From contig NC_087249.1 of assembly GCF_037042905.1 (NCBI RefSeq), forward strand, positions 7,938,001 through 8,002,000: a stretch of DNA of 64,000 bases, given 5' to 3'. This document shows positions 38,780 to 53,002 of the stretch, piece by piece (the stretch's first letter is position 1; the number at the start of each line of letters is the position of its first letter). A model generated the notes under the pieces. It was not told where the DNA came from, ran no database searches, and worked only from the letters and a program-made list of their open reading frames with translations. The translations under genes were made by a program, and so were the position numbers. Source of the DNA: Lytechinus pictus (lineage: Eukaryota).

Positions 38780-40695
38780 GTCTGCGAACCCCCCCCCCGG
38801 CCGTTTACCAACAGCAAGTATTTTAAAAAAGGGGGAGGAAAGGAGGGAATGAAGGAAGAAAATAAGAAAACAATAAGAAAAGGGAGAAAAGTAAATAGAG
38901 CAAGAAGAGTCTAATAATTTGGGGAAAACACTTACAGGTCATATAAAACAAAAAAAATCGATCGCGCTTCGCGCTCACATTACCTTGTGTGAGATAATAT
39001 TCGGGTCTAGGGGATAACCTGCTCGTGATTTAAGATTTGCTGAGTATCATAAATTAATTTCCTTGTAAATAAAAGATTTTCAAACAATTTTTATGTCAAA
39101 ATTTCTGCTCGCGCTACACTCTCGCATTACTTGATTGGCGAGATCGACATGTACCCTATTCCCAAGTCCAACAAACTATCCTTATATAAATGTTACCTTT
39201 AAGGTATAGGCCTAGAATACCACGTGTTTAGATCTAAATGCACCCCCGTTTCACGTTTTGCGCTCGCCTCATTTATAGTAACATAAGTGAAAATGTTCAT
39301 AATGTTCCTAAAGGTTAAACAGTGCTTATCATGTTCACGTTCAGTTCTTTGTATTAAAATAACTTACCTAAAATGTACAGTTGGATTATCCAAAACATAT
39401 CCAAAGTCACGATCGGAATATCAGACAAAAAATTAGCTTGCGCTTTGCGCTCGCATCATTTAATTAAAAAAAAAAACTTTTCATGATTACAAAAAGTGAA
39501 TATAATGTCCCATCTTTAGGTCTAAACCTAAAAAAATATTTAAAAACTAAACAAATAGCTCGCACTTCGCGTTCGCAATCATTGTTTATTGAGGACATGT
39601 TTTTCGTTATAAAAAACGTGCTTACAAAGGGTCAGTTCTTGTATATCGCATATATTACATTATGATATAACGTCCCTATGCGCTCCGGAAGGACTTGGAT
39701 ATTATTATCCTGGATTTAGCCCCGCAGCCTTTTACAGCGCGGTGGCATTTAAAGGAATAAATTCCTGCCAGGTACCCATTTACCTCACCTGGGTTGAGTG
39801 CAGCACAATGTGGATGAATTAGTTGCTGAATGAAATTACGCCATGGCTGGGATTCGAACCCACGACCCTCTGATTCAAAGTCAGAAGACTAATTTACTGG
39901 ACCACAACGCTACACAAAACCAATCCAGTAGATCACAACGCTTTAACAGAAACCGCCAAAAAATCATCTCGCGCTTTGTACTCGTATACTTTCTTCTTTA
40001 CAAAAAATGTGCTCAATCTGTCAAGTTTTTAGATTAAAATCATCTCAGAAAAGTTTACCTTAAACTTCGCATTCGCATAAGTTGTTTATTGAGATATCCA
40101 ATCTGATCGTGGTTACGAAATGTGCTTAGAATGACAAGCTTTCAGGTCAGAAAGTTTTCAGCTCGCGCTCCGCACACGCATCATTTTGGTTGGCGAGACA
40201 TATATCCTCTTAATGAGTCACTGTTATAGTAAACAGTGCTAAACAAGTCCTTTTTTTTCTGTTTACTATTTCAGCTCACGCTTCGCGATCGCATTAACTG
40301 TTTACTTAGATACGGATATTAATCATGATTACAAACATTACTCAGAATGTTCAATTTTGAGGACTGAATTTATCATTTTTTTAAATTTTTTTTTTTCATT
40401 TCAACAATAGGCTTACATGAAGGATAAAAAAAATGTGCTCGTGCTTACATTATTTATGTCTATGAGAAACATCTTACTTGTAAGAATAAAGTTAAGACGT
40501 ACTTAAAACTTCAGTCTTTAGTTAGCTTTTACCGGCTGATGGGAGAAAATGTGGATGCAAATATTGTTCACCCCCCCCCCCTTGGCGACAGCTGGACCGC
40601 CCCTTGAAGTAACGGAACTCATCATAATCTAGAAAGGTCCATGTTTTTATAATTCATACGCCCCCCCCCCCCAATATTCCTGGCTACGGGCCTGC
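38780..40695. mobile_element. Degenerate element(s) with gctcgcgcttcgcgctcgca tandem repeats, hosting a SINE
   Basis: Same internal motif as 21394-23325, with C-rich right end gctacgggcctg. Boundaries are approximate. Confidence 0.55.
39650..39911 (-). mobile_element. tRNA-derived SINE with Deu/Nin-like core
   Basis: agcgttgtggtccagt...gggttcgaatcccagcc head; core gcactcaacccaggtgaggtaaatgggtacc. A truncated paralog lies at ~48541-48661. Confidence 0.8.
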
Positions 40696-40773
40696 CTGAA
40701 TATATAGCATTTATGTTGGCCTTAACCTGTGTAATTCTTTGTCACTTTGTCTATTCTACTTTATTTCTGTCAG

Positions 40774-40932
40774 CCTGTAAGACATTTTTTAAGAAGATAC
40801 CAAACATTTCTTTTTATCGATTCGACTATCTACGTGGTGAAACTCGACTACCATTCAGAGTGCGTAATGGCGCATCTTCTGGTGAGGGCTCAAACCTTGT
40901 ACTTAATGGTCCTGCATATGTGTATGTCTTCG
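40774..40932 (+). CDS. Putative exon of a nested antisense gene/pseudogene (N-half of FAMeT/Methyltransf_FA-like domain)
   Basis: Acceptor ttatttctgtcag|, donor TTCG|gtgagt, phase 1-1, open frame CKTFFKKIPNISFYRFDYLRGETRLPFRVRNGASSGEGSNLVLNGPAYVYVF. Confidence 0.5.
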
Positions 40933-41373
40933 GTGAGTAGTTAAAAATAACAACAGTAGTTAAATAATAACAAAAAGTATTACAGGGATATTTTCTTCAC
41001 AAAGTTGTTAAGTTATGCACGTCGACTATGTTCGAACTTCCATTGCTTTCAATTAATTTAAGACTTACTTCCCCAAACTATGGAATGAAATTCCAAATGA
41101 TATAAAAAATAGTTCCACCATATCAAGATTTAGATTTTTATGCAGGAAAATAGTATTTTCCGTTTAAATGGATTGAATTGAAATGAATTGACTATACCTG
41201 TGATTAGTTACTCTTTATTGTGCTAAATCAGTGTCTCAATAGTTGAAATCCAATATGTGTACATCGAAGTTGTCGTAGTGTAGCGTTTAAATGCAAACTT
41301 CATATTTTGTCAAGATAAGGGAAAGTTTTAGACATTATCATACATTGTTTTCGACTTGCAGAGAACAAATTAA

Positions 41374-42795
41374 GGCCAAGGTCACAACTCTAAAGTTTAG
41401 CCTGCTCGGCGACCGGTCGGCGAGTTTTTAGCCAATTTCGCCCGGGCACCGACCGGCGGTCGTCCGGGCAGCGAAATTATTTTTCCCACGACAGTTCTCG
41501 ACCAATATATGAATATTCATAACTTGCGTCTTCGGAATAAGAGTACGCATGTGCGTGGACTTTGCCTCGATCAGTGGCGGTCGTTAGCATTCACGCCCGC
41601 ATTCACGTTGCCCAGAATGAATTAGCATCCTCAAATTACCGGTACCCTTACAAAGTTACATGGGACTTATAGGCTTAGATCTATATCTATATCCAATTCT
41701 TAAATACTTATCAAACTAGCTGCCTTTAATGACAAGACAAAATGCTAGGCTAGGGCAAGCTAAGGCTAGCGCATTAACTTTACCTCAAATCTGGACCTGT
41801 CTAATGCCTAAATACTAATAGTAATAGCCGCCGGGAATAGCCGACTAATGCCATGGTTAACTTCAAACTGGTTAATTCCGAACTTAACGTTTAATTAGGT
41901 TAGACCAATATTATCTTATTTGCCATGGTTTAATATGTCTAGTCCGTTTGACCAGTCCTAGATCTAAATAAATTTATCTTAGATCTAGTCTAGTCTCTAG
42001 ATCTTGATAGGCTCTGATCTACGCTGTATCAGCATGGAACAGATTCTAACGTCAGGCACAAATTAACGTCAGTGAGCAGAACAACTGTTTAACGCACGTG
42101 GGCTCTGCAATCGCAGAGTAAACTCGAGATCTTGATCCCCGTCTTGATCAACAATAGATCGATCTGCATTTTCTTTACCAGTTATTAAGCTTTTAAAGTC
42201 CACGCGCATGCGTACTCTGTCGTGGGAAAAATAATTTCGCGTCCGGGTACCACTGGTTTTTGGGGCATCGCTCGGTCGCTGCTCAAGATTTAGCGTGGAG
42301 TTAAAATTCTGGCGGCGCCTGCTCATTTTTCACTCGCCGCCCGAAATACGCTCGGCGTCTGGTTGGTCGCCGTCCAGGCACCGACGTTATCGAGCGGTCG
42401 CCGTCGAACGATTTAGGTCGAAAATTGAACTCGTTTGATCAACAGCTGTCGAGCAGTCATCGGCCGGCCGCTGGCCGGTCAGAGATCGGTCGATGATCTC
42501 GCGGCGAATTCAAGATCAGATGGGCGATTACCTAAAAAATAGGCCGGTGGGGGACCGCCCGGGATTCGGTGGGTCGTTAGCCGATCACTGCTCGGACGCT
42601 ATATAGATAAGTTCCCCGGTTTGACCCAGATTTGGCCTTGAGTAATGGGTAATCGACCGGACACTGCTCGGCTACCGCTAAGTATTTGTACAGCCCGTTT
42701 GACTTCTAAAAAATCGTTCGGCGATGCCTAAATTCCAGCGGAGCCCGAGCAGGCTACTAATCGGTCGGTCGCCGCTCTGAGATGTGACTTAAGCC
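41374..42795. mobile_element. GC-rich non-autonomous TIR element (PIF/Harbinger-like)
   Basis: Ends ggccaaggtcaca / tgtgacttaagcc; internal inverted pair cgaaattatttttcccacgacag / ctgtcgtgggaaaaataatttcg; many cggcga/tcgccg motifs. Confidence 0.6.
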
Positions 42796-42909
42796 AAAGT
42801 TGTAATGACAACAGTGACATCACTATTAACCGGGTCTATCAGTATCGTGTTTTTCATGTATTTAGATTAGAATAGCACCGCTTGTATTTTGTGTTACTTT
42901 TCTGTATAG

Positions 42910-43178
42910 GGATTTGTCGAGGCAGTCGAGGCAGCAATTATATTTTGTTTGCCATCGTGGAAAAAAGGACACGAAAAGTCACCGAAAGCGTTGAATCCGG
43001 TCCTCTCGAAGTTCATTGTGGCCCATCAGGTTACGATTCCTATTGGATCGACTTTAAAGATGGCCTTTTTCAGCTGGGTCTTGGTGGGAACTCGACCCCT
43101 ATATTGAAGTTGCAGATTGGTTTTAGAACGGCCGCTCCTTCTGGTGTGGAAGTCATAGTTGATCATCCTTGTCGCTAA
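42910..43178 (+). CDS. Putative exon, C-half of FAMeT/Methyltransf_FA-like domain
   Basis: Acceptor ttacttttctgtatag| in phase 1, compatible with 40774-40932. YDSYWIDFKDGLFQLGLGGNSTPILKL resembles the 'Y..FWI.W..G.I.VG.GG...P' motif of this domain. Confidence 0.5.
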
Positions 43179-45037
43179 GTATTGCTCTGCAAGGCAGGAG
43201 GGTGTACCTAAGATGAATATTTGTTAGATGTACTCAATGTAGTCGCTTTAGCGGAGAAGGCACGGCATGTATATCCAAGCTGCTTAGAATTGACTACGTG
43301 GGACTGTACTGAATTAATATGCTTAGGAACACTTTTGACACTTATTGAGTCAACATCAGACCTCAATATGATCACAATGTTTTTGGCGTCATAATTTGTC
43401 AATCCGCTCCTGGTGACGGTCCAATGTGTACACAAATTGTGTTTATTGTTTTTTTTAAGTTTCTCCTTGTATTTGAGAGAAAGGTGTTCATGATCTTTTT
43501 CTCTGTAGACTATTCATCATATTCTTACGCAGAACAGTCGTAGTGTTGGTTTTTTATGTTATTCTCGATTTTTCTTGTTTTACACTTCCAAATATGTGTA
43601 CATTAATTATTGATCATTTAAGGCATGTGATGTCCTGTCGTCATTCGGTAAGATTAAATGAGCAAACCGGAACTAGAGAACTAGAATGTATTCTAGTTCC
43701 GGTTTCAAATGGTTTCAAATGGTTTTATCTATCTTTCGGGAAAGATATAAAGCATCAGATGAGTATTCAATATGCAAACTTGGCAGATTCTTAATACTCT
43801 ACTCCCCCCCCCCCAAAAAAAAAAAGGTTAACGGGACTTGTTTTATCTGATGAAATGGAAAAACAACTTTGCGGCAGTTTTCACTGGTTGCCAATTTCTC
43901 ACGAATGATTCCGAATTCTTTGCTATATGCACAGGAATTTCTTGTCAATCGAATTCCAGGCAATTTTACTATTATAATATTTAATCAGGCTATATATCGA
44001 AACGTGGTGGCCCACCATCAGGCGATAAAACGAGATCCATGTAACTAAATCCTGGCTTATTCTAGTCAACTATCACCACCAATCTCTACTGGAATTGCTA
44101 CGCTAAATATTTAGAACTTATCGCAAAATAACTCAATAAATAATTCCGTAATTTCAGTTCCTCAAACCCCTCAAGGAAATACTAAATTCGAGTTTGTTGT
44201 ATAAACCGTATAAAATATTTGGGGAAATTTTGACCAGCACGAGGGTGATTATGTGTCCAACTAATTTGGGGCAGTATTTTACCCGATGCGGGAAGCATAT
44301 TGTCCAGTAAAGTTAAAAATTAAGCAGCAATTACTTTAGAATTGGCAAAATTGTCATCACACTGGATAGATAAAAATGCCCAAAAGAAATGCCCAATGTT
44401 AGTTGGACACATAATCACCCTCATGGAGCATTTTACCCAATATTTTTCAAAGTGTATACATTACACAAAACGCACACCTTTACATAAGAAAGAAATGTTG
44501 ACTCGATCGAATGCATCATATGCCAATCGCATTTTCAAAATAGACCAACTGGCAATTTACCAATGGGAAGGCTAATATAGAGAACAGCAGTAGAGCCCGT
44601 GGAAAATTCGTTTTTTATCCACTTGGTCTAACAACGTTTGGATTAATTCTCCGTTTGTCTAATAAACACATGGTCTTAACCCATATGGTCTACTAATAAT
44701 TTGGTCAATTTGTAATTGTTCAAATATATACTTGGTCTAATTCTCGTTTGGTTCAATGACCAATTTGTCTAATAGCCAAATGGTCTAATTGCATTTTCGT
44801 GTAGTGCCCAAATGAATATTTAGTCTCTTACCAGCTTGTTAGTGAGAGCGACCAAGTGGTGATAGATCAAATGGACGGTAAACGAAATGGGCATTAGACG
44901 AAATTTGAGTAGGCGAAGTGCTACATAGACCAAAAATGTAGTTTGACCGACTGGTTATAAACAAAATGGAATCAGACTATGTGATGTGAGACCAAAAGGA
45001 CATTAGTCAAAGTGGGTTTAGATCAAATGTGAAGCAA

Positions 45038-45415
45038 TGGAGACGTCTCTGAGACGGATTTAGGACTATTTTGAGACGGTTTTGAGGATTCCGGAGACTA
45101 ATAAAACGTCGTGGGTCCTCAGAAGACGTCTCTGCGACAAGTTTTAAAATTGTCTCAAAACCGTCTCAAAGTAGTCCCAAATCCGTCTCAAAGACGTCTT
45201 CGCGACGGAAAAAATATTGGAGACGTCTCTGCGACGGAAACGAAAAGTATCGTATTTGTGACTGGAACAAAGTATTGGAGACGTCTCTGAGAAGGATTTT
45301 GGACTATTTTGAGATTCCCGAGACTAATGAAACGTCGTGGGGCCTCAGAAGACGTCATTGCGACAAGTTTCAAAATCGTCTCAAAACCGTTTAAAAGTAG
45401 TCCAAAATCCGTCTG
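45038..45415. repeat. Palindromic gagacgtctc-based repeat in two tandem units
   Basis: ggagacgtctctgagacggatttt(a)ggactattttgaga ... tctcaaa(a)gtagtcc(c/a)aaatccgtct is repeated twice. Confidence 0.75.
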
Positions 45416-46769
45416 AAACTTGAGATACCACCATCAGTTTCACTCAAAGTGTTGTTAATTAATACACACCCTTACATCCAGAGAAACATACACAGTCTCT
45501 TACGAACTCTACATAACCTATTTTGTTTGGGTTTGTGTGTGTGTGTGTGTGTGTGTGTTCATGGAGACAAGTCAGTTAAGTGAAATGGGGCAACAATTTG
45601 CGGTGTCCCCTCCTCCACAAACTGTCGTCTAAATTAGGCGAAAATTTGTGCAGGGGTGACAATCTGTGGTGTCATTTTTTGCACAAATTGTCGCGGGGTG
45701 ACAATTTGTTGTGCAACAAGGGGTAGCTCGACATTGGAGGGTCGAAAGAGGGGGGGATACAACCATCCGCACTCGATCATAAAAATAAACGGAAATAAAC
45801 AAAGTTAGCAACTCAAAGAGATTAAACAAGTAACTAAACAACTTCCTTAATAACACTTAAAAAGGCTAAGGGAGTTCCCTAAATAGTTGAATTGATGAAC
45901 CTGAGCATTGCCAGCACTGAGAATAATCCATTTCTTCTTTCCTAAGTACTAAAATGGTCTTTCAAGGACTGGTCCCACTGGCCAACGGACACAAAACGTA
46001 TTCATAACGGATACAGCGGACAAGTAAAGAATTACATTAATTTGTAAGGCGTAAAAATTCAGTATATATACAAACAGGTAATAAACATGCCTCATGCCCA
46101 TATGCTAGGCACTGATGTATAAATGTTTTTATTACCTAGGATATACAGAGCGGGTAAAGATTAAAAAAAAAAAATGAAATCTGATTAAAACAGTAATTCC
46201 GAATTTGATAAGTTTCTTAACAAGGTAAAGAAATATTGACTTTGTCCGAAAAGTGGCATTTTTTGGGACAAAGTTTTCCAATCTTTACGAAATAATATCA
46301 CTTTATTAGGAAGAGAAGTTCAAAAGCACAATGTATGCCTATAGTGTTTTACTACAGTCTTCCATTTAAAGAGATGCTGAGTAGGTACATATTAATTATT
46401 TTAAGTAGATATAGAACCCAAGTAAAATTGATGTACATAGTTCTACAGTTAGGGTGAACCCACAACAATCTTTAAAAATCAGTAAAATGTTAAAAATCTT
46501 GCAACTGACAAGTGCATAAACTTTGATAAAGAAAAACAAAATGTTACAATTTTTATGTATTACATTGCCCCACAACACGGGGTGATTGTAACACAAAAAC
46601 TTATAAATTAATTGTTTAACTTAATTCAAACCCATTCATATGGCAAACCAAGATATACATCTTTCGTTAATTTAGGTTTGAGCAGGTATTTAGCTTGAAT
46701 AAAGGTGATAATTCGTATTCAGTAAATTTTGTTACAATTGTCCCCGGTCTCCCCTACATACTTTTATTT

Positions 46770-46925
46770 CATGGGAGGCTTCGGTGACTGAGAGTGATAA
46801 ACAATAAGGGGCCAATAATTGATCCCTGTAGCACCCCGTACTTGAGAATATCCACTTGTGAGTTTTCCCCATTCACTTTAGTAATCTGCTTCCTTTCATG
46901 GATGTAAGAGGTAAACCAATCTAGC
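46770..46925 (-). mobile_element. Short LINE reverse-transcriptase relic
   Basis: The minus strand reads GVLQGSIIGPLLF, the QG motif of CR1/L2-type RT. Confidence 0.6.
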
Positions 46926-49121
46926 TATTTAAAGAGCGAATAAATCTTGTCCTTGTGTCCATTATTATGGGTTATATGACATTTCTTTCCCATTACGATC
47001 CGTTCTTTATTATTTTCATTAGCGCAGTAAAAAATTAAAACGATAGCCATCAATATACTTTAGCTGGTTTCCTATTTATAGTTTCATAATCAATAATATT
47101 CTCCATTTCCTTTAGCTCCCATTTTGTTTAAGTGGAGATTTTATGACAAGTATCAATTTAGTATGGGCAGCACCACGGATTATATGTGGAAATGAGATCA
47201 AAGCCGATGAATTGCATCTACGGATGAAGCGCCCTCTGGAAGAAATCCAATTGTCGAAAGTAGCTAGCTCCTTGGTTCTACCCTATGTTTCGTCAGCATC
47301 AAGAGTCGCGGTTTCTCTACCGCCAGGTATTAATGTGCATAATTTTTGCGTTTAAAACACAAATTAAAAGAAAAGTGTGTTATCAAAATACGCTCGTCTG
47401 ATTGCTTGATGAATAAATTATGTTTGGTTTTCGTAGTAATTATTTATTGCTTCTCTTTCTACAACGGACCACCCGACCTGTTGACCCAGCTGATAGTAAT
47501 TTTACACGTGGATTTAATAATGTCTTGAATTAAATGTGAGCTAAAAGGCTTTCTCCAGATATGGAAACAAACTATGACTGCATTTCATGATAAGAAATCA
47601 ATGATTCCAATTATCCAATAGATACAACAAAGCATTCTTCTATCACAAAATATGTTGTTATAATATCTTTGACAATGTACAAATCTAAAAAAAAAAAAAA
47701 AATTAAAACAACCTTTCTATGGAATGCTAGCACCAGTATAGCTCTTTCATATTAGTGACCATTATAATGCATCAATAATGCATTAGAATTCATTATAGTT
47801 TAATTTGTATTTTCCTATTCGTCCCATATCACGATTCAATTAATTTTTTGACAACTTTTTGCAGAAGGATAAATATAAATCTAAATTGATGAATGGGTTG
47901 ACAATGGCACTCCATAAAAGTTTTGTCTAAGTTAACCCAGGTTTAACAAAACCATTGCTATCAGAATATCATGTGTTTTGGAATCAATGTTAAATAGGAA
48001 ATCATGAATGTCATATGTATTATAACACAGATCCTTGCCTAAACGGAGGGACGCGCATGGAGGAGGATGGCGTATATCAATGTCTTTGTCCTAAGAATTT
48101 TGTTGGAGAATAATGTCAATGTAAGTGAGAATCTTATTGTCTGTGTACAATCATTCAAATACATAATGATAATAGTAATAACAACAATAATGATGATAAT
48201 AAATAATGATATTACAAAAGCAACACCATTTCATGAAAAGAAAGTAAGAGCTTATGATGAGACTAATACAGCTGATGAAGTTTAAAGCACAGTCTCGAAG
48301 TTTTTTTTATTACTGTGTGTTTGCTGAGATGATAATAATACTGATATAGCCAAAACTAAAAACAATAACGATAATATCAATAATAATTATCGAGAATTTC
48401 CACTTCAGTTCCGATAACTGTTCTCTACTAAGCCCTGCTTACAACAAGTACTTCGACCACTACTATTACTACTATACTGTAGTGCACCTTCTGCTGCTAC
48501 TTCTACTAATACTACTATATAATATAGAACTACTATTCTACAACCCTGGGTTCAGCGCAGGACAATGTGGATCAATTAATTGCCGAAGGAAATTACGCCA
48601 TGGCTGGGATTCGAACCCCCTGTTTCAAAGTCAGAAGACTAATCAACTGGACCACAACGCTACACAAAACTAATCCAGTAGACCATGACGCTAAAAAAAT
48701 CCCCCCCCCCTTCAAAAAAAAAAAAAATCAGCTCGCGCTTTGCACTCGTACACTTTCTTATTTATTAAGTATATTGCTGTATGCTTTAGCTTTCTAGTAT
48801 TAAGATCGAAATCATGTCATAAAATGTTATCCCAAGCTTTGCATTCGCATTACTTGTTAGATACCAAATCTGATCATGGTTACAAATGTGCTTAGGATGT
48901 CAAGCTTTCACGTCAGATCATCAAAAATTTCAGCTCGCGCTTCGCGCACGCATTATGTGTTTTGATGAGACACGTATCCTTTTCATGTGTCACTGTAACT
49001 GTAAACAACTTTAAACAAGTCTCTTCCTGTTTTCCATTTCAGCCCACGATTGCTCTCGCATTAATTGTTTACTTACATAGGGATATTGATCATGATTAGA
49101 AAACTTGCTCAGAATGTTCAA

Positions 49122-49157
<36 letters not shown>

Positions 49158-49732
49158 CACAAAACTTGAATCTGATGAAGGTGGTGTCCCAGGTTTGCAA
49201 GCCACGTGAACAGAATAGTATTCAAATTATTTATATTACGGAGTTCTCTTGTACAAGGCCTCTTGGCTTTATTTTTGTAGTTCCCCATTTCATTTCTCAT
49301 TTTAACTTTCCCTGGCAAACAGTTTCTCATATTTTGCATTACGTACATGTATATTTTAATCTAAAATTATGAAATAGATACAAATTAAATATACACTATG
49401 GTTAATTCAATTTTGTTCCCGTCAGCAAAAACTTTCGACCAATATAAATAGAGCGGATTGACATTTCCCGATTTTTTAAATATTTTTTTTTTGCATCTTC
49501 AAATGGGGTGTGTGTGGGGCGGGGGGGGGGTCGTGTGAACCCCACAAACTCCTAACTTGAACGGCCATGATTCTTTTGTGTGAGTTCATACGCCTGACTG
49601 AGAATTCAGGGCAATGAAAACTCGATGGCAATTTCACTCAAATCCTACACCTTACTGTTGTAAAGTTTTTAAGATGATTTAAGTTCATGAAGCTTTTTAA
49701 GAGCAGTAAAAATAACTGAAATTAAAGTTTAC

Positions 49733-50767
49733 CTTTTCATGGACAGTGACAGCGTAATAGGATATCAAACCGATGTTAATGAGGTTTCCCACCACCCAGA
49801 AGAGGTTGATTAGAACATAAAATAACTCTGCATCCGAAAACCTGTTCCAAATTTGATACAGCAAGAATATGGCAATAGAGATGTTTGCACAGTACGAGGT
49901 GGCGTATAATGGCGACAAGATTGCATCTGCCAGTTCCACAGATCGGCAGAGAAGATTGAACTTTCGCCGAAATGATTCCAGCAGCTTTGCTTCGGAGTTC
50001 TTTCCATGTCCAAACGTGTCCGTGAAATCGTGGGTCAACTGCGCCAGCTGACCATTGAGGATCCGACATATGAAGGCGATGAAAACCATGGGAAGGATCC
50101 ACGATGCCGTCCCGTAAACCGCGTAAGCCGAAGAGAATCCACAAGCGACATCAGTATGCCATGGTAAGCAGAATAACTTGTAGGAAAAAGACGACTCCTT
50201 CGTACCGTAGATGAAAAAGAGCATGGGCACTACACAAACACAGATTGCACAGAATCCGACTGCAGCTCCAGCAAGTGCAAATGTTCGGAATTTCAGCCAA
50301 GATGGGTTAATATGATTCTTTGTCAAACGTCCGTTCTTCGGGAAATTGAAACATATTGTCGATTGATTTTCTATGAGACGTACAATGTCCCCTTTGTGGC
50401 AGATTTTCAAGAAGATCGTGTCGTTCGCAGCAACAAGAAACCCCCATACACAAATCGCAACGTTGTCGTAGAGCAAGCCGGTAGTTTTGGTCAGCCAGAA
50501 CGATACAACGGCACGTAGGAAGTTGTACCAGAGAAATAATACGATTACAGTGTGATACATCTTGAGGATGTAACACAACATCTTGTCTTTGACACTAGAT
50601 TCAGGATCGTTACCCCTTGTTGTTCTCTCGTGGTAAAGGCCAAAGAGGATCATCAAAACTTTAAGAGGTCGAGCAACAACATCCCAAAGCAATCCGACAT
50701 TGGGATCAGGAATATGGTTAGAGTTACGATTGTGATTACCCTGTAAATAAGATTTACTCATTGTCAT
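49733..50767 (-). CDS. Grl variable exon C (345 codons)
   Basis: VARPLKV..GLYHE, WYNFLR, KICHKG, LCRSVELADAILSP. Ends AVTVHEK|gtaaac, phase 0. Confidence 0.9.
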
Positions 50768-53002
50768 ATCCTACAAGGTCGAGGGGTATACTTAATTTCC
50801 AATCCCACGAATCAGCGATATCAGGTATACAAAACTAGTCCGATTACCGATAAACAGAAATGACTTAATTTCCCAATGACCGTTGAATACTTTTGTAGAA
50901 TCAAATTGAAATATGCCACCAAGGGATCTTGAGATATTGACTACCCACCCACATTTGTTAAAGAGTCTTTTAAAAAAGGTTTCAAATATAAAATATCTAT
51001 ATACCACGTACATGGTATCGAGCTATCTTCCACTCCTCTCTCCTCTCACTAAAATTAACATTGTCGCCGATGTGTCTATTCCTCGAGCTTCAAAATTGCA
51101 GTATACCTACCTCTTCATTTATATTAATATTTTCCTGTGCTACTGCGGGAATAAAATGATGGGCTAGATAATAAAGAGCCGATGAAAGCCGAACACATAA
51201 AATGTTCAATCTTGTATCAAGCTTAATTGAACAAACACTCGATGACAGTTACAAAAGCAGGATGCCAAAAAGCCATCTCAATCTCACTTTAGTTTGAGCC
51301 TCATATTAACTGACTTGTCTATCACGACTTTGCATTTATAAAAGAACAAAAATGTAGTATATCCGAATATTATTTGTTGAAGAAGGAGCAATCCTTGACT
51401 TTCATGATCTCAATTTTTTTTCAAACATTTATTTGGATATGCACTAATCAAAATGTAACATAACTGACGAATAAATAAACCTATATGATTGCAAATGACC
51501 TGACTTGGGTAATTACGTTATTTTATGTTGAATACCCGTTTGTCATTTATTTTGGGCAACTGATAATAGGCCTAACTCTTGGCGTGACAAAGTTAATCGT
51601 TTTCAGGAACAAATCCAATATATTCGGGGGGGGGGGCAAAAATGTTTAAACAAGCCTACGCACAAAACTTCGTCACTCACTTTATAAAAACGAATACAAG
51701 GGGAAAAGGCGGAAGGCGGAAGGACTCATTTTCTTCCTTACTTTTAACGGGGGGGGGGGCACAAGATACCAGAAAACTTTTTTGTTTTACAATTTTTAGT
51801 AAAAGGGGAGGGGCACATGTCCCTTTGCCCCCTTGGTCAGCACCTGAACATTGTTACAACATAGTGAATGCACAGTGGCGATTTCTCCGACATGATCAGG
51901 ATTAATATAATCCTACATTTTACTTGGAATTTCTAAATGAAATATTGTATTATTAGAAACACCTTAATCATTGGGCATGGTGACGGATCAAGGGGTTTAA
52001 GATTAAATATTAAGACTGTTTTAACCAATTTCTAATCCGCGTTTTATACAATGCAAGTGAAATGGAAGGTTTGGATAACAAAAAGTTTGTTTTTTTGTAT
52101 CAGCAATTAACTTTTTCATAATTTGAAAAACATAATCTGTTTTCTAATCTATCTCTGTATCTATCTGTTAAAGCTCATTAATACAATGATATAACTAAAT
52201 CATTATTCACTTTCATAAAAAGGTTATTCATTTAATCATGTTGGGAATTGGGAAAATCTGAAGACACTATAGCTATACATCTTTTCCGAAGGAACGATTC
52301 TGACGAAGTTGGCAAATCCGAAAATCAATGGAAGTCTATCAGAAGAGCACTAACGAATAAGAAAACTTTTACGAAAGAACGATCATTATTTGTACAGATT
52401 ACCAAACCATTTCGTGTCTGTCCAGTATTTGTTCGATTCCTGACGACAGTCTTTTGTATGGAGAGACCAAAAGGAAAATTGATGTATTGTAAGTACCAAA
52501 GTAAGCACGAACGTAATGAGCACACTAATTGCAAATGGACTCAGTCGCTCAGTTCTTGTTTCCGTCAGTAACTTGATAAATATCAGTTTGGGATTGATGA
52601 GCTATGCTATACGATGGGGGTGGGGCAGATTCCCAGATTGGACCATCTCATCCCCACTTGAGGAGAATTTCGGGGTTGACCGCTCAATCGGGCTGAAAAT
52701 TCGCACGTGCGTCGCCCATGACGAAATTTTTTAAATCTTAATTTAATGAAATGGTTCGTTAGATTATTAATCAATCTAACTTAGACGTTAATTAGACTAT
52801 TTATTATCATTTACTAAAATAAAAACCCAAAATAGTCCCTTTTTATGCAAATACTTTCAATTTCAATATTTGCCAAATACCTTCGTTTTTCTCCATTGTA
52901 TTTTTCGATGACATTCGTTGGCAACATTATCCAAATCATAACTAGATAATGCAATGTTGCATATAAAGTAATTAATGAATCAAATTTTGGGAAGTAATTT
53001 AC

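Larger units (their letters stand above)
23900..40350 (+). repeat. Copy 1 of an internal segmental duplication (paralogous to ~43550-49120), expanded by insertions
   Basis: Collinear matches: 24050~43716, 24690~43984, 24996~46934, 27171~47143, 28420-28560~48030-48170, 38220-38430~48210-48425, 39800-40350~48560-49120. Confidence 0.8.
43550..49120 (+). repeat. Copy 2 of the internal segmental duplication
   Basis: See copy 1. It lacks the Helentron and the Kolobok-like insertion, and carries its own insertions at ~44100-46930. Confidence 0.8.

Noticed and set aside
43208..43435. 75-aa minus-strand ORF
   Set aside because: No recognisable motif or splice context that I can support.
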